A DNA stretch of 64,000 nt from the human T2T-CHM13v2.0 reference genome, Homo sapiens. Within the stretch, counting starts at the first letter, position 1; every line of letters starts with the position of its first letter. Location of the stretch: the NCBI RefSeq assembly GCF_009914755.1, contig NC_060937.1; one strand, written 5' to 3'. This document shows, one piece after another, positions 63,101 through 64,000 of this stretch. The notes beneath the pieces were generated by a model. That model had not been told where the DNA came from, did not search any database, and saw only the letters and a list, made by a program, of their open reading frames with translations. The position numbers and the translations under genes were made by a program.

Positions 63101-64000
63101 AAAATAACAAAGTACACAAACTATAAATTATATACTGTACATAAAATATGAAATTACATCAAATATATATTAGGTACTTAAAATATGAAAGTACATCAAA
63201 TATAGTTTATATACTGTACATATATCAATGTACCCCAAATATATAATTTATACTCTACATGAAATATCAAAGTTCACAAACCATACATTATATACTGTAC
63301 ATAAAATATCAAAGTACCCAAGGTATATATTCTATACTGTACAAAAAATATCAAAGTTCCCAAAGCATGTATTATATACTGTACATAAAATAAGAAAGTA
63401 CATCAAATATATATTTTATTCTGTACATAAAATATCAAAGTACACCAGATATATATTCTATAGTGTACATAAAATATCAAAGTACCCAAACTATACATTA
63501 TATACTGTACATAAAATATGAAATTACATCAAATATATATTAGGTACATAAAATATGAAAGTACATCAAATATAGATTATATACTGTACATAAAATATCA
63601 AAGTACACCAAATATATATTATATACTCTACATGAAATATCAAAGTTCACAAACTATATATTATATACTGTACATAAAATATCAAAGTACCCAAGGTATA
63701 TATTCTATACTGTACAAAAAATATCAAAGTACCCAAAGCATGTATTATATACTGTACATAAAATATGAAAGTACATCAAATATATATTTTATTCTGTACA
63801 TAAAATATCAAAGTACACCAGATATATATTCTATAGTGTACATAAAATATCAAAGTACCCAAACTATTTATTATATACTGTACATAAAATATGAAATTAC
63901 ATCAAATATATATTATATTAGGTACATAAAATATGAAAGTACATCAAATATAGATTATATGCTGTACATTAAATACCAAAGTACCCCAAATATATATTTT

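Larger units (their letters stand above)
1..64000 (+). repeat. HSat1A (SAR / human classical Satellite I) tandem array: 42-bp monomer, 378-bp 9-mer HOR, pericentromeric or acrocentric-type heterochromatin
   Basis: Seen: a 42-bp period from first to last base, usually two GTAC sites per monomer splitting it into 17 bp (ACATAAAATAT[C/G]AAAGT) and 25 bp (AC[C/A]..AAATATATATT.TATACTGT), and nine monomer types in fixed order. Known: the 17+25 bp RsaI structure and 378-bp periodicity define HSat1A. Species and chromosome cannot be fixed without an alignment. Confidence 0.96.

Noticed and set aside
993-63119. Minus-strand ORFs (993, 11390, 28927, 61778, 62904) as evidence of inversions or antisense genes
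   Set aside because: The + strand keeps the same repeat orientation at these sites. The ORFs result from point variants that remove a stop or add a start.
207-63521. More than 130 predicted ORFs encoding YYILYIKYQST-type repeats
   Set aside because: They are translations of the satellite. Starts and stops fall at recurrent repeat variants, there is no unique domain or gene context, and frameshifts and stops are freely amplified.
1-64000. CRISPR-like array (constant ctgtacataaaatat block alternating with variable segments)
   Set aside because: The variable parts are nine homologous variants recurring in fixed order, not unique spacers. There is no leader and no cas gene.
1-64000. Embedded transposon (Alu/L1), HSat1B, alpha satellite or unique island
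   Set aside because: I saw no GC-rich, poly(A)-tailed or non-42-bp sequence anywhere on reading through. A very short insert could have been missed by eye.
1-64000. TATA boxes, -10 elements or terminators
   Set aside because: TATA-like words are unavoidable in this AT-rich repeat, and nothing supports any individual site.
1-64000. A novel biological system, or assignment to a specific chromosome or species
   Set aside because: The sequence matches a known satellite family. Placing it needs alignment to T2T human and ape assemblies, which I cannot run.

Overview
The whole 64 kb window is one uninterrupted, single-orientation, very AT-rich (roughly 78-80% AT by eye) tandem satellite. I recognise it as primate/human Satellite 1A (HSat1A, also called SAR or classical Satellite I). 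The 42-bp monomer (about ACATAAAATATCAAAGT + ACCCAAACTATATATTATATACTGT, the 17+25 bp pieces between GTAC/RsaI sites) is organised as a 9-monomer, 378-bp higher-order repeat (HOR). A 373-bp variant (372 bp in the first 6 kb) is interspersed, giving frequent ~751-bp dimers. I see no genes, RNA genes, transposons, CRISPR arrays or unique sequence. All ORFs in the track arise because the 42-bp unit is 14 codons with one stop-free frame. The informative content is the array's own history: nested tandem duplications (about 1.9, 2.13, 3.0 and 4.6 kb), dispersed copies 8-53 kb apart, monomer-register slips giving chimeric monomers, and variant haplotypes. I found no support for a previously undescribed biological system. 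Duplication boundaries were read by eye from shared rare variants and ORF-track offsets and are approximate (plus or minus about 100-200 bp). Monomer labels A-I used below follow their +strand translation: A KYESTSNIYFILYI, B KYQSTPDIYSIVYI, C KYQSTQTIHYILYI, D KYEITSNIYYIRYI, E KYESTSNIDYILYI, F KYQSTPNIYFILYM, G KYQSSQTIYYILYI, H KYQSTQGIYSILYK, I KYQSTQSMYYILYI.
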